A DNA stretch of 64,000 bases. Origin: an uncultured Methanoregulaceae archaeon (lineage in GTDB: Archaea > Halobacteriota > Methanomicrobia > Methanomicrobiales > Methanospirillaceae). The notes under the pieces were generated by a model. The model was not told where the DNA came from, did no database searches, and saw nothing but the letters and a program-made list of their open reading frames with translations. Below are positions 41,269-52,460 of the stretch, in pieces. Position 1 is the first letter of the stretch. Each line of letters starts with the position of its first letter. A program made the translations under genes and the position numbers. The stretch covers positions 1,312,001 to 1,376,000 of the forward strand of contig OY970343.1 in NCBI GenBank assembly GCA_963717525.1. The letters run 5' to 3'.

Positions 41269-42969
41269 ATGGACAAGGGCAGCTATACATGCGGGACGTC
41301 GGAATTCCCCCTGCTGGGAATGACGATGGGTGAGATGATCGACTATATAGCGACAAAATACCCGGAGACAGAGGCGATTGTCTCTGTCCACCAGAATATC
41401 CGTCTGACGTACCGGGAGTTTCTCGAACGGATCAACCTTGTAGCCCGCGGCCTGATGGGAATGGGCGTGGAGAAGGGTGACCGGGTGGGCATCTGGGCGA
41501 TGAACCATGCCGAATGGGTCGTGATCCAGTTCGCCACTGCAAAGATCGGGGCGATCATGGTCAATATCAACCCCGCCTACCGCACGTACGAGCTCGAGTA
41601 TGTCCTCAAGCAGGCGGAGATCCAGACCCTCTTCCTGCAGGGGCGGTTCAAGACCTCCGATTACGTCGGGATGTTCTACGAGGCCTGCCCCGAAGCCTGG
41701 GAGCAGAAGCCCGGCCATATCTCCTCGGAGAAATTCCCGTTCCTCAAGAACGTGATCTTCATGGGCGACATCCCGTACAACGGCATGTTCACCTGGGACG
41801 AATTCGTTAAGAAAGCGGAGGACATCACCATGGACGAGGTCATTGAACGTGGTGAATCCCTCTCCTTTGACGACCCCATCAACATCCAGTACACGAGCGG
41901 CACCACGGGATTTCCCAAAGGCGTCGTCCTCACCCACCACAGCGTGCTCAACAACGGCTATATTATCGGTGAAGGCATGCGTTTTTCCGAAAAGGATAAG
42001 CTCTGCATCCCCGTCCCGTTCTATCACTGCTTTGGCATGGTTCTCTCCAACATGGCCTGTGCCACCCATGGTTCGACGATGGTCCTGCCCAGCCCCGCCT
42101 TCGATGCCGAGGAAGTCTTAAAGACCGTCGAGAAGGAATGCTGCACTGCCCTCCATGGCGTTCCTACGATGTTTATTGCCGAGCTCACTCACCCCAGTTT
42201 CTCCAAATACAACCTCAGGTCCCTCCGGACCGGTATCATGGCCGGCTCCCCCTGCCCCATCGAAGTGATGAAGCAGGTCAATACGCAGATGCACATGAGC
42301 GAGATCGTGATCGTGTACGGCCAGACCGAGACCTCCCCCGGTGTCACGATGACCACGACAAAAGACCCGGTTGAGCGCCGCGTCACCACTATCGGGCGGG
42401 CGTTCCCGCATACTGAGCTCAAGATCATCGACCCCAAGACCGGCAAGATTATACCGGTCGGAGAGATCGGGGAGATCTGCGCCCGCGGCTACTGCGTGAT
42501 GAAGTGCTATTACAACAACCCGTCGGCCACCCATGCAACGCTCGACAAGGATCACTGGAACCACACGGGTGATCTCGCCACGATGGACGAGGAGGGCTAC
42601 TTCAAGATCGTGGGCCGGTTAAAGGACATGGTGATCCGGGGCGGGGAGAACATCTACCCCCGGGAGATCGAGGAGTTCCTCCACCACCACGAAAAGATCT
42701 CGGATGTATATGTAGTCGGCGTCCCGGACATCAAGTACGGCGAGGAACTCTGCGCATGGGTGAAGATGAAGCAGGGCCAGACCATGACCGAGCAGGAGGT
42801 CAAGGACTTCTGCAAGGGAAAGATCGCCCACTTCAAGATCCCGCGGTATGTCGTGTTCGTCAACGATTTCCCCATAAATATCTCCGGCAAGATCCAGAAG
42901 TACCTGATGCGGGAAGAGTCCATAAAGAAACTCGGGCTCGAAGAGGCGGAAAACATCAAGACCGCGTAA
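41269..42969 (+). CDS. AMP-binding acyl-CoA synthetase
   Basis: YTSGTTGFPKG, YGQTE, TGDL, RGGENIYPREIE, SGKIQK. Confidence 0.93.
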   Translation: MDKGSYTCGTSEFPLLGMTMGEMIDYIATKYPETEAIVSVHQNIRLTYREFLERINLVARGLMGMGVEKGDRVGIWAMNHAEWVVIQFATAKIGAIMVNINPAYRTYELEYVLKQAEIQTLFLQGRFKTSDYVGMFYEACPEAWEQKPGHISSEKFPFLKNVIFMGDIPYNGMFTWDEFVKKAEDITMDEVIERGESLSFDDPINIQYTSGTTGFPKGVVLTHHSVLNNGYIIGEGMRFSEKDKLCIPVPFYHCFGMVLSNMACATHGSTMVLPSPAFDAEEVLKTVEKECCTALHGVPTMFIAELTHPSFSKYNLRSLRTGIMAGSPCPIEVMKQVNTQMHMSEIVIVYGQTETSPGVTMTTTKDPVERRVTTIGRAFPHTELKIIDPKTGKIIPVGEIGEICARGYCVMKCYYNNPSATHATLDKDHWNHTGDLATMDEEGYFKIVGRLKDMVIRGGENIYPREIEEFLHHHEKISDVYVVGVPDIKYGEELCAWVKMKQGQTMTEQEVKDFCKGKIAHFKIPRYVVFVNDFPINISGKIQKYLMREESIKKLGLEEAENIKTA

Positions 42970-43065
42970 AGGAAACGGGCGGGATTTTCACTTTTTTTTC
43001 CCGTTCACCGGTTGGATTGGGATGGTTCTGATCAGTTGAGAAATGAGCGAGTTGGTCAATCCCGC

Positions 43066-43236
43066 AACGATGGCTACCGCCGCCCCCGAAGGGACGCCCC
43101 CGCGGCGGGCAAGGGGCTAAGAATACTATGAAAAAGATAATGTTCCGGCAATTAGCAGATACCATGCCCAAAAATTGCGAACAACTGCCTTGCCCCGCCG
43201 TGCCCCGGAGGGGCCCTGAGGCGGGGAACCATCGTT
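43066..43236 (+). repeat. REPIN-like doublet (A-spacer-B)
   Basis: Terminal AACGATGG/CCATCGTT inverted repeat; lies between convergent genes. Confidence 0.88.
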
Positions 43237-43300
43237 ATCCATAGGAAAAGATTTTCCGGTTTTTGACGAAACGTCCGGGCTTAGCAAAAATGGGGGAACC

Positions 43301-44765
43301 CTATCCCTCCACCACTCTCTCCCCGCTCCGTCTTCCCCGGGCAAGGGAGAAGAAGATCCCGGCAAGGCACATCACAGTAAAGAGGACAAACGCCCAGTGC
43401 AGGCTCTCGGTGAACTGCGGGTAATTCGCGGGCGTGATCTCCACCTGCCCGATCACGATGGCAAAGATCATCATCGCAACACCCATGGAAAGCATCTGCC
43501 CCAAAAGGCGCATCGTCGAGTTGATACCGGATGCCACACCGTAATATTTCTTGTCCACGGCGCTCATGATGGCGTTGATGTTCGGGGACGAGAAGAGCCC
43601 GAAGCCGATGCCGAGGATGATAAGCACCACGATGATGTACCAGAGCGGGGTCGACTCATTGAGAAAGATGAAGAGGAAGAGACCAAAAGCGGTCAGCCCC
43701 ATGCCCAGCGACGAGAGTACCTGGGAGTCATGCTTGTCCGAGAGCTTCCCTGCAAACGGGGAGACGATCATCTGGAAAAACGGCGAGGCAATGAGGATGA
43801 ACCCGGCATATTCCGCCGAGAACCCCTTGGTGTACTGGAGGTCGAGGCTGAGCAGGAAGGCAACCGCGTAAGTAGCGGAATAGTTGATCAGCGCTGCGAT
43901 ATTCGAGAACGCGAAGATCCGGCTTTTGAAGAACAGCTGCATGTTCAGGACCGGGAATGCCTGCCGTTGCTCGTACCAGACGAACACGCCAATCAGAACA
44001 ACAGCGGCAACCAGAAGGACGCCCCCGGTAATATCGGGAAGCACGGAGAAGCCGACCATGAGTGCGACCAGGCCGAGGCTGTAGATGAGCGAACCGGTAA
44101 GATCAAACTTTTCGCCGACGCACTCTGCCCACTCGCCCCGGAGTTTCCAGACGATCAGGATCGCAGCGGCGATCGCGATGGGCACGTTGATGTAGAAGAT
44201 GCTCCGCCAGCCAAAGACATCGGTCAGGACACCCCCGAAGAATGGCCCGAGCGAGAGGCCCAGGTACACGGAGGTGATGTAGATCCCCAGTGCCCTGCCC
44301 CGCTCCCCCGGGGGGAAGACTGCGGTCAGGATGGCAATCGCGGTACCGAAGATCATGGCAGCACCGACCCCCTGGATGATCCGGACGGTGATCATCTGCT
44401 GCTCGGTGGCGACCAGCGTCATGATAAACGAGGCGGCGCCAAACACACAGATCCCCCACAGGAAGATCTTCTTCCTCCCGTAGATGTCGGCAAGTTTCCC
44501 GAAAGGGACAAGGAAAAGTGCGGAGGCAAGGAGGTAAGCGGTTGCCACCCAGAAGAGGGAGATCGCGTCCATGTGGAACACATTGCCGATCGTGGGAAGA
44601 GCGATATTGACTGCTGAGCTGTCAAACGGCGTAAGAAAGCCGGCGAGGATCGCGATCAGGAGGACTATGCGTTTTTCCGTTGAGGTTACCGGGAAGGGCC
44701 GGAGTACGGCAGATTGCTGGCTCCTGGTGGCCCGGATCACATTCGGGGAGTTTATCCGTTGACAT
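43301..44765 (-). CDS. MFS transporter (DHA2-like); likely N-terminal frameshift near 44690
   Basis: NIALP, GKLADIYGRK, RIIQGVG, GWRSIFYIN; upstream ATG at 44765 is out of frame. Confidence 0.9.
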
Positions 44766-44885
44766 CGTACACACGGGAGAAATCAGACGTTATCTGAAGG
44801 TTGTGGACTGAAAGGACGCGGCAGGGCCGGGCGGTTCACGGCGCCCGGTTGTATCGCGGTTTTTTTAGTACACTGCAGTACCCGG

Positions 44886-45074
44886 TCAGAACACACCGAA
44901 CCATGCCATATAGGACAGGATCACCATGATGACCACAAGCCCGATCAGGATTTTGAACCCGCAATGTTCGCAGATTCCAAAGGCCGAAGAATGGCAGTCA
45001 TGGCAATACTCGGATTTGCAAACCCGGCAGGTCTTTGAGTGCTCATGATCCGGGTGGTTATCGCAACACGTCAT
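44886..45074 (-). CDS. Small Zn-finger membrane protein
   Basis: CxxH, CxxC, CxxC, CxxC plus a C-terminal TM helix. Confidence 0.7.
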   Translation of the reverse strand: MTCCDNHPDHEHSKTCRVCKSEYCHDCHSSAFGICEHCGFKILIGLVVIMVILSYMAWFGVF

Positions 45075-45214
45075 ATTTCACCGGTTCGGTCTGAAATGGT
45101 AAAGATGTGTCGGATTTACCCCTTTTTTTGCCCGTGCCGGACCGGTCCAGGGAACGTACGTCTCCGGGTGAGCCGGCCAGATGGATCTTCCAGGGTTCCG
45201 GGTAACCGGTCCTT

Positions 45215-46543
45215 TCACGCAGGTGTTTGCGCACGCCGGATGAGATCTGCGGCCGCGTGGGCTGCGTGCGTGAGGATCTCCTGCTCGCCGGGGATCTCGC
45301 GTTCCAGCATCAGCACACGGCCGTTGCAGATCGTGGTCTCCACGGCAGCCCCGCTGCAGGCATAGACGAGATTTGAGGCGGCGTTATGAAGCGGCGTGGT
45401 GCAGGGCAGGTGAGTGGATACAAGGATGAGATCGGCCGGTGCGCCCCCGTCAAGGGTGCCGGTGCCAAAGCCCAGCGCCTTTGCGCCGTTTGTGGTCGCC
45501 ATCGCAAGCGCAGCCGGCGCCGGGAGAATGGTCGGATCGTTCCAGAAGAACTTCTGCAACAGGGCGGCCATCTTTACTTCCTCGAAGAGATCGAGGTTGT
45601 TGTTCGAGGCGCATCCGTCAGTCCCGATGCAGACGTTTGCCCCGGCGCGGGCAGCTCGCGGTACGGCATCGCCCGGTGGGTGGCAAGCTTCATGTTGCTT
45701 GCCGGGTTGTGGGCGACGTGCACACCCCTTTTCCCGAGAAGCGCACATTCCGCATCATCCAGCCAGCACCCGTGTGCCGCAATGGTCTTTGGTGTCAGGA
45801 CGCCGCACTCATCCAGCAGCGCGGCCGGCCGTTTCCCGTGCTGCGCGACACAGTCGGTCACCTCTTTTTCGGTCTCCGAGAGGTGGATGTGGAGGGGGAT
45901 ATCCTGCTCGTGGGCAAATTCCGCGCACCATTTCAGTCCTTCAGGGGAGACGGTGTAGGGGGCGTGCGGGCCGGGCAGCGGCACGGATCCGGGAGTTGTT
46001 CTTTTTCCTGATGTGGGCGACCAGCGCCTCGGTGGCTTTGCACTCGCGCTCCCGTTTCTCCGCGTCGCCAAGATCGATGAACCCGTAGCAGAGCAGGGCG
46101 CGGATACCGGCCTCGTTCACCGCACGGGCGGCATCCTCCATGAAGAAGTACATATCGTTGAATGCAGTCGTTCCGGTCCGGATCATCTCGGTGCAGGCAA
46201 GCTTCGTCCCCCAGTACACGTCCTCCCCGGTCAGGTGGGCTTCAAGCGGCCAGATCTTCTGGTTGAGCCAGTCCTGCAGGATCATATCATCCGCGTAGCC
46301 CCGCAACAGCGACATCGCCGCGTGGGTGTGGGTATTTGAGAGACCGGGCAGCGCCAGTGCGCCGTCGCCATCGATGATAAACTCCGCTTCGCCCCGGTGG
46401 CGTTTCCGGATGTCGTGGCCGATATCGGTGATCGTCTCCGACGCGTCGATAAAGATGTCCACCGGCCCGTCGCCGTGGATGACGTTTGTGATGAGCACGG
46501 ATTTGTTCTTCCCGAAGAGGTCGGCCGTTTCTGGTGTTGTCAT
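45215..46543 (-). CDS. mtaD: MTA/SAH/5'-deoxyadenosine deaminase (amidohydrolase), two frameshifts (~45978, ~45650)
   Basis: NTHTH, PHAPYT, HIHLSET, HNPASNMKL and GTDG..SNN spread over three frames. Confidence 0.85.
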
Positions 46544-46560
46544 TCCCGTATCTCCTAATC

Positions 46561-47232
46561 TTATCCCATCTGCCGGATGATCGATCCGAGGATCTCCCCG
46601 GTCCGGTGGCTGTATGCCTTTGATGTGGAGAGGATGTGGTCAAAGGTGAGCACCTCGGCCCCGAGGCCGTTTGCATAGTTGTCAATCGTGCAGAGCGCAG
46701 CAAAGTCCATGCCCAGTTCGCAGGCAAGGGTCGCTTCCGAGGCGACCGTCATCCCCACGATATCGGCGATCTTCGCGAGTGTTTTCACCTCGGCAACCGT
46801 CTCGATCCTCGGTCCCTTCGTCTGGACATAGACGCCCCCGAGCCGGGCTTCGGACACGACCGCAGAGAGTTTCTCTGCAAGTGCCCGGGAGAGTTCAGGC
46901 CGGACATGCTCAATCGCATGGTCGTGGATAGAGGGGATGTCGGTCATGCTGATGTAATCGGTCGGGATGAGGATGGTGCCGGGCGGGATCTCCTTTTTGA
47001 GCGAACCCGAGGAGCCGAACGCGACGATCCGGTCGACACCGGCGATTGCCATGGCCGCAAGGTTTGCCCGGAAATTGATCCGGTGAGGCGGCCGGCCATA
47101 CTGGTGGCGCATCAGCATCACGATCTCGCCGGAGAGAAGGTCTGCGTTGCCAAACGGTGTGGCCACGCTCTCTTTTTTGAGATCGGGGATGGTCGAAAAG
47201 AGCAGGCTTGTCCCACCGATGATACCAAGCAT
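46561..47232 (-). CDS. MTAP-family purine nucleoside phosphorylase
   Basis: GIIGGT, RH..PPHRIN, GPRIET, VGMT, DNYANG. Confidence 0.9.
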   Translation of the reverse strand: MLGIIGGTSLLFSTIPDLKKESVATPFGNADLLSGEIVMLMRHQYGRPPHRINFRANLAAMAIAGVDRIVAFGSSGSLKKEIPPGTILIPTDYISMTDIPSIHDHAIEHVRPELSRALAEKLSAVVSEARLGGVYVQTKGPRIETVAEVKTLAKIADIVGMTVASEATLACELGMDFAALCTIDNYANGLGAEVLTFDHILSTSKAYSHRTGEILGSIIRQMG

Positions 47233-47397
47233 CAGGAGATTCCCCCTGCACCTTTGCCGGAAATCCTTTGCATATACACGAGCCGGGCCATGGGTCTTCG
47301 AAGAAGGATTGGGTGCCCCGGCTCTAATACCTAGCGAAAGGCGGGACGACCGTCCCGACCATTAAACGTAAAAACGTCCCTGCCCCACTATCTTCTC

Positions 47398-48613
47398 ATG
47401 GGCATGTTCGATACCGTCAGCGACGAGACGATAAAACGGGGGGAATGCACGGATATCTATTTTATCCGCACCGAGGAGGTCCTCGCGAGAGAAAAGGTCA
47501 ACCCGCTCGTGACCATGGAGGTGACGGCGGCGGCGCTCCCGGACAGCTGGGGGATCGCCTGCGGGTTGTCCGATGTGCTCGCGCTCCTTTCCGGAGTTCC
47601 GGTCACGGTCGATGCGATGCCGGAGGGGACCCTCTTTTACCCGGGCGAACCGGTGCTGCGCATCACCGGGCACTACCGTGACTTCTGCCGGTACGAGACC
47701 GCGATCCTCGGGTTCCTCTGCCATGCCTCCGGGATCGCGTCTGCCACCGCTCATATCATGTGCGAAGCAAAAGGCCGGCCCGTCTATTCCTTTGGTTCCC
47801 GGCGGCAGCACCCGGCTATCGCAACCATGATCGAGCGGGCAGCATGGATCGGGGGTGTCGACGGTGTCTCCAATACCTGCGCGCCCCCCGGCATGCCGAT
47901 CGTCGGCACCATGCCCCACGCGATGGTGATGTGCTTTGATACGCCGGAAGATGCGTGGCGCGCCTTTGACCGCGACGCACCGGCCGATGTCCCCCGGATC
48001 ATGCTCTGCGACACCTACTGCGATGAGAAGACCGAGTCGCTGCGTGCTGCCGGGTGCGGCGCAACCGCGGTCCGGCTCGACACCCCCCGGTCCCGCAGGG
48101 GAGATATGCGGGCCATCATCGAAGAAGTCCGCTGGGAGCTGGACTCGCACGGGTATTCGCAGGTGAAGATCTTCCTCTCGGGAGGAGTGACAAGGGAGGA
48201 CGTGATCTTATACCGGGACTGCGTCGATGCATTCGGGATCGGCGGCGCAATCGCAAACGCCTCTGTCATCGATTTTGCCATGGACATCGTGGAGATCGGG
48301 AAAAAACCCAAAGCAAAACGGGGAAAGAAGAGCGGGACAAAGCAGATCTACCGAGCTCGTCTGCGGGAAACACCGGATCCTTCCCGTGGGGCAGGCCTCA
48401 CCTGCAAATGCCATTCCGCTCCTGAAACCCTGCATTGTTGATGGCCGCATCGTGCAGCAGCCGGACATGCAGAAAGCGCGAAAACGGGTGCTTGCTTGGA
48501 TACGCCATGCTACAGAAACGGCCGGGGAGAAGAAGGAGCCGGTAAAAAAGAACGGGAAAAACGGCTCGCAGAAGAAAGTGTCCGCTTCATCTGATGGACG
48601 AAACCCCGCTTGA
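47398..48613 (+). CDS. pncB: Nicotinate phosphoribosyltransferase, frameshift near 48351
   Basis: TDIYF, FGSRR, GTMPH, VRLDTP.SRRG, SGG; C-terminus continues in another frame. Confidence 0.88.
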
Positions 48614-48675
48614 ACAGGAAAGATAGAGCAGTACCACCAATTCTTTTAACCTATGCCGTGCAACAATGGTAAAGC

Positions 48676-48747
48676 GGGCTGGTGGTAAAGTGGTATTACG
48701 CTCCCTTGGCATGGGAGAGGCCGCGGGTTCAATTCCCGCCCAGTCCA
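48676..48747 (+). tRNA. trnA: tRNA-Ala(GGC)
   Basis: GGGCTGG/CCAGTCC acceptor with G3:U70, TTGGCAT anticodon loop, GTTCAATTC. Confidence 0.95.
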
Positions 48748-48874
48748 TCCTTTTTGTTTTTCCGGAACGCTTTTTGTGATCGGGTATTTTCCGATCCCCT
48801 GGCAACATTTCGGGATCCGTCATCCTTTTCGCGGATACTATTTATACTACAACTCCTCTCGTTATTTTGATACC

Positions 48875-49504
48875 ATGCGCATCCGAGACCTGATCCTGCC
48901 TGAAGACCAGATCTTTTTTACCCTCTTCAAGGATATGGCTGCAAAGATCAAAGAGGCAGCGGCGACCTTAAACGAGATCACCCACGAGCTCCCGGAAGGC
49001 ACGGAGAAATCCCACAAGGTGCGCCAGATCGAGCACCTCGGCGACGAGACTACCCGGCACATCTACGAGCGCCTCAACGAGTCGCTCATCACGCCGCTTG
49101 AACCGGACGAGATAGCCCGCCTTGCCCCGGCCTTTGACGACGTACTGGACAAGCTTGACTGGGTGACCCACCAGCTTGCCACCTACGGCCTTTCGCAGTC
49201 AAACGACGTCCTCAAGGAATACTCGTACCTGATCGTCATGACCGGCAACGAGATTGCCGATGCACTGGACGCCCTCGCCACCCTCAGCCACCCGGCCGAT
49301 GTGAGCAGCCACGTCATCGAGATCAGCCGGCTCTATAATCTGTCCGGAGAACTTCTCTCCCGGGCCGTCCTCGACCTTTTCAAGACACAGGACCTGCTCC
49401 TGATCATCAAGCTCAAGGATATCTACGAGAGCATGGCAAAGGTGATGGAGAAGTGCAACGATGTCGGGCACGCACTCTCTGACATCTCTATGAGCCATAC
49501 ATGA
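48875..49504 (+). CDS. DUF47/PhoU-like phosphate transport regulator
   Basis: IEHLGD, ITPLE, DDVLD, KDIYE. Confidence 0.9.
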   Translation: MRIRDLILPEDQIFFTLFKDMAAKIKEAAATLNEITHELPEGTEKSHKVRQIEHLGDETTRHIYERLNESLITPLEPDEIARLAPAFDDVLDKLDWVTHQLATYGLSQSNDVLKEYSYLIVMTGNEIADALDALATLSHPADVSSHVIEISRLYNLSGELLSRAVLDLFKTQDLLLIIKLKDIYESMAKVMEKCNDVGHALSDISMSHT

Positions 49505-50694
49505 CCATCTTCGATCCCGTCATCCTGTTTGGTATCTTCATCGCGCTGGTGCTGAATTTTTTCAACGGGCTCACCGATTCTGCACAGGGAGTTGCAACGG
49601 TGGTCGCAACCCGGGCTCTCTCCCCGGCAAAGGCGGTTTTTTTAACCGGGGTCTGCAACATGTTCGGCCCCTTTGTCTTCACGACGGCAGTTGCCGCAAC
49701 GATCGGGACTGCCATTGTCTATCCCGATACCCTCACCCCGGCGACCATTATCATCGGCATGCTCGTGTCCATCACCTTAGTATTTTCTGCCACCCGGATC
49801 GGAATCCCCCTCTCCAGCAGCCATGCACTCATCGGCGGCCTTATCGGGTCCAGTGTCGCGGCGTTCGGGCTTTCGGCAGTCATCCTCCCTGATGCGAGCG
49901 TGGTACTTCACGTACTAGCATGGGGTCTCTTTGGAGGCCTCGTCGGCGCCATTATCATTTTCTTTGTCACGGCAGCCTTCCATGGCGATGTCCGGCTGGC
50001 CCTTCTCGTGGGGGCAATATGCGGGGCGGGTCTTGCCATCCCCATCCTGATAGTCCTTGGCGTGCTCAAGGTCACCGGCCTACTGGTGGTTGTCCTGTTC
50101 ATCTTCATCTCCCCGGTCCTTGGGGCGGTCATCGCATTTCTCTTCGATGTACTCGTCTCGCATCTTTTCCGGACCTCCCGCCAGGACCGGATGAAAAGGA
50201 TCTTTACGCCGCTCCAGGTCCTTGCCTGCCTCTTCCAGGCTACCGGCCACGGGGCAAACGACGGGATGCACGCGGTGGGTGCGATCACCGCCCTCCTCGT
50301 CTCGGCAGGCCTCCTCTCCACCTTTGCCGTCCCGACCTGGGTAATCCTGCTGTCGGCCATCGCCATCGGCCTTGGCACCTGTTTTGGCGGCTGGAAGGTG
50401 GTGGACAAGATGGCAAAAGGGATCACGAAGATCCGGCCCTACCAGGGGTTCTGTGCCGGGACCTCCGGTAGTGCGACGCTCGCGTTTGTTACGATGCACG
50501 GCATCCCCGTCTCGTCAAATCATATTATCAGCGGTGCGATTGTGGGGGTTGGGGTGACACGGGGGAAAAATGCGGTCCACTGGGATGTCGTGCGCCAGAT
50601 GATGACGGCATGGGTGATCACCATCCCGCTTGCAGCAGCCTGCGCTTTTATCGGGTACCTTCTCTTTGCGACGGTACACTCGGTTCTCCTGTGA
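49501..50694 (+). CDS. Inorganic phosphate transporter (PiT)
   Basis: NGLTDSA, GIPLSSSHALIGG, HGAND, GIPVS. Confidence 0.92.
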   Translation: MTIFDPVILFGIFIALVLNFFNGLTDSAQGVATVVATRALSPAKAVFLTGVCNMFGPFVFTTAVAATIGTAIVYPDTLTPATIIIGMLVSITLVFSATRIGIPLSSSHALIGGLIGSSVAAFGLSAVILPDASVVLHVLAWGLFGGLVGAIIIFFVTAAFHGDVRLALLVGAICGAGLAIPILIVLGVLKVTGLLVVVLFIFISPVLGAVIAFLFDVLVSHLFRTSRQDRMKRIFTPLQVLACLFQATGHGANDGMHAVGAITALLVSAGLLSTFAVPTWVILLSAIAIGLGTCFGGWKVVDKMAKGITKIRPYQGFCAGTSGSATLAFVTMHGIPVSSNHIISGAIVGVGVTRGKNAVHWDVVRQMMTAWVITIPLAAACAFIGYLLFATVHSVLL

Positions 50695-50751
50695 GAACCA
50701 TATTTCGCTATATTTTTCAGGTCGCTCGACTGATTACCACTGGGTTTGTGT

Positions 50752-51381
50752 ATGGGCTTACGGGAATTGCTGATTCCGCAGGACAAGATATTTTTCGACA
50801 TGTTTGAACGCCAGGCCGCGACGGTACGGGAGGCGGCGTACCAGCTGGTGACACTGAGCGAGGACTTTACCAATGTCAGGGAGAAACGGCATGCAATCGA
50901 ACTGCTCGAGCACCAAGGCGACCAGATCACCCACAGCATCTACGAGCAGCTGAACCGGACATTCATCACCCCGCTCGACCCGGAGGAGATCTCAAAGCTC
51001 GCATCTGCGCTTGACGACGTAATGGACTACATCGACAGCTCGGCCGAGAAGATGTTCTACTATGGCATCGATAACACCGATGCCCACATGGTGGAACTCT
51101 CAAAGCTGATCCATCTCTCAGCCGTCGAGATCGAGGGAGCGGTCAAGGGGATCCGTTCGATAAAAGACCCACGGTATATTGAGGAACGCTGCATCGAGGT
51201 GAACAGGCTTGAGAACCTCGCCGACGATGTGCTTGCCCACGCGGTGACCGATCTCTTCAAGACCAGTGACGCGATAGCGATCATCAAGCTCAAGGACATC
51301 TACGAGAACCTTGAAACGGCAACCGATTACTGCGAGGACGTGGCAAACGTACTCTCCGATATCGCCATCCGGCACTCGTGA
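50752..51381 (+). CDS. DUF47/PhoU-like phosphate transport regulator
   Basis: EHQGD, TFITPLD, ENLAD, DYCEDVAN. Confidence 0.92.
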   Translation: MGLRELLIPQDKIFFDMFERQAATVREAAYQLVTLSEDFTNVREKRHAIELLEHQGDQITHSIYEQLNRTFITPLDPEEISKLASALDDVMDYIDSSAEKMFYYGIDNTDAHMVELSKLIHLSAVEIEGAVKGIRSIKDPRYIEERCIEVNRLENLADDVLAHAVTDLFKTSDAIAIIKLKDIYENLETATDYCEDVANVLSDIAIRHS

Positions 51382-51420
51382 GGTGATGGCGTTGAACCAG
51401 ACTGTGCGGGGAGGGCTGAT

Positions 51421-52452
51421 ATGATCGCACCACCGCTGATCCTTATTGTTGCGATCATTGTCATAGCGCTCGTCTTCGATTTTACCAACGGGTTCCATGA
51501 TTCGGCCAATTCGATCTCGACCGTGGTATCCACAAAAGTGCTCTCGCCCCGGAACGCCGTGGTTTTTGCGGCTTTTTTCAATTTTCTTGCAGCATTCGGT
51601 TTCGGGGTGGCGGTGGCAGACACCATCAGCAGTATCGTCGATCTCAATATCGTGACGCTGACCATTATTCCCTATATCGTCCTCGGTGCGCTCACTGGTG
51701 CTATCAGCTGGAACATTATTACCTGGTTCTTTGGCCTTCCCACCTCGTCTTCCCATGCGCTCATCGGGGGCCTCGCCGGCGCCGGAATCTCTGCGGCAGG
51801 AATTGCTGCCATCAAATGGTCGACGGTCGGCCAGGTTGCGCTCTTTATGGTGCTCTCGCCGCTGATTGGCCTTGTCTGCGGTTTCCTCTTCATGGCCGCG
51901 ATCCTCTGGATCACAAGAAAAGCGAGCAAACCGGCGGCAGAAGGGCATTTCAAGAGACTCCAGCTCTGCTCTGCGGCAGCGTACAGCTTCAGTCACGGGA
52001 CAAACGATGCCCAGAAGACGATGGGGATTATCGTCCCGCTCCTCTTTTCTCTGGGTTATTACGGTGCGAATGCAAATCTCAGTCACCTGCCGGTGCCTTT
52101 TTGGGTGATCATCATCTGTTACACGACCATAGCCTTCGGGACTCTTGCCGGCGGGTGGCGGATCGTGCGGACCATGGGATACAAGATCACCAAGCTCCGC
52201 CCGGTGCACGGCTTTGCTGCGGAAACTGCCGGGGCTGTGACGATCCTGAGTGCCTCTGCGGCCGGTATCCCGGTGAGCACGACGCATGTGATCTGCTCGT
52301 CCATCATGGGCGTCGGTACGACCATGGGCGCAAGTACCGTGAAGTGGGGCGTGGCACGCAGCATCATGATTGCCTGGATCCTTACGATCCCGATCAGCGC
52401 ACTGATCGGGTATGCAGCCTTTCAGGTGATCCGGCTCGTTGTCGGAGCCTGA
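51421..52452 (+). CDS. Inorganic phosphate transporter (PiT)
   Basis: NGFHDSAN, GLPTSSSH, HGTNDAQK, PVSTTH. Confidence 0.94.
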   Translation: MIAPPLILIVAIIVIALVFDFTNGFHDSANSISTVVSTKVLSPRNAVVFAAFFNFLAAFGFGVAVADTISSIVDLNIVTLTIIPYIVLGALTGAISWNIITWFFGLPTSSSHALIGGLAGAGISAAGIAAIKWSTVGQVALFMVLSPLIGLVCGFLFMAAILWITRKASKPAAEGHFKRLQLCSAAAYSFSHGTNDAQKTMGIIVPLLFSLGYYGANANLSHLPVPFWVIIICYTTIAFGTLAGGWRIVRTMGYKITKLRPVHGFAAETAGAVTILSASAAGIPVSTTHVICSSIMGVGTTMGASTVKWGVARSIMIAWILTIPISALIGYAAFQVIRLVVGA

Positions 52453-52460
52453 AGTTCCTT

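Noticed and set aside
45640..45985. Programmed ribosomal frameshifting in the deaminase
   Set aside because: No slippery heptamers seen, and similar indels occur throughout the window.
48591..48605. CTGATGGACGAAAC hammerhead-like core
   Set aside because: No stem II, and it lies within the likely pncB coding tail.
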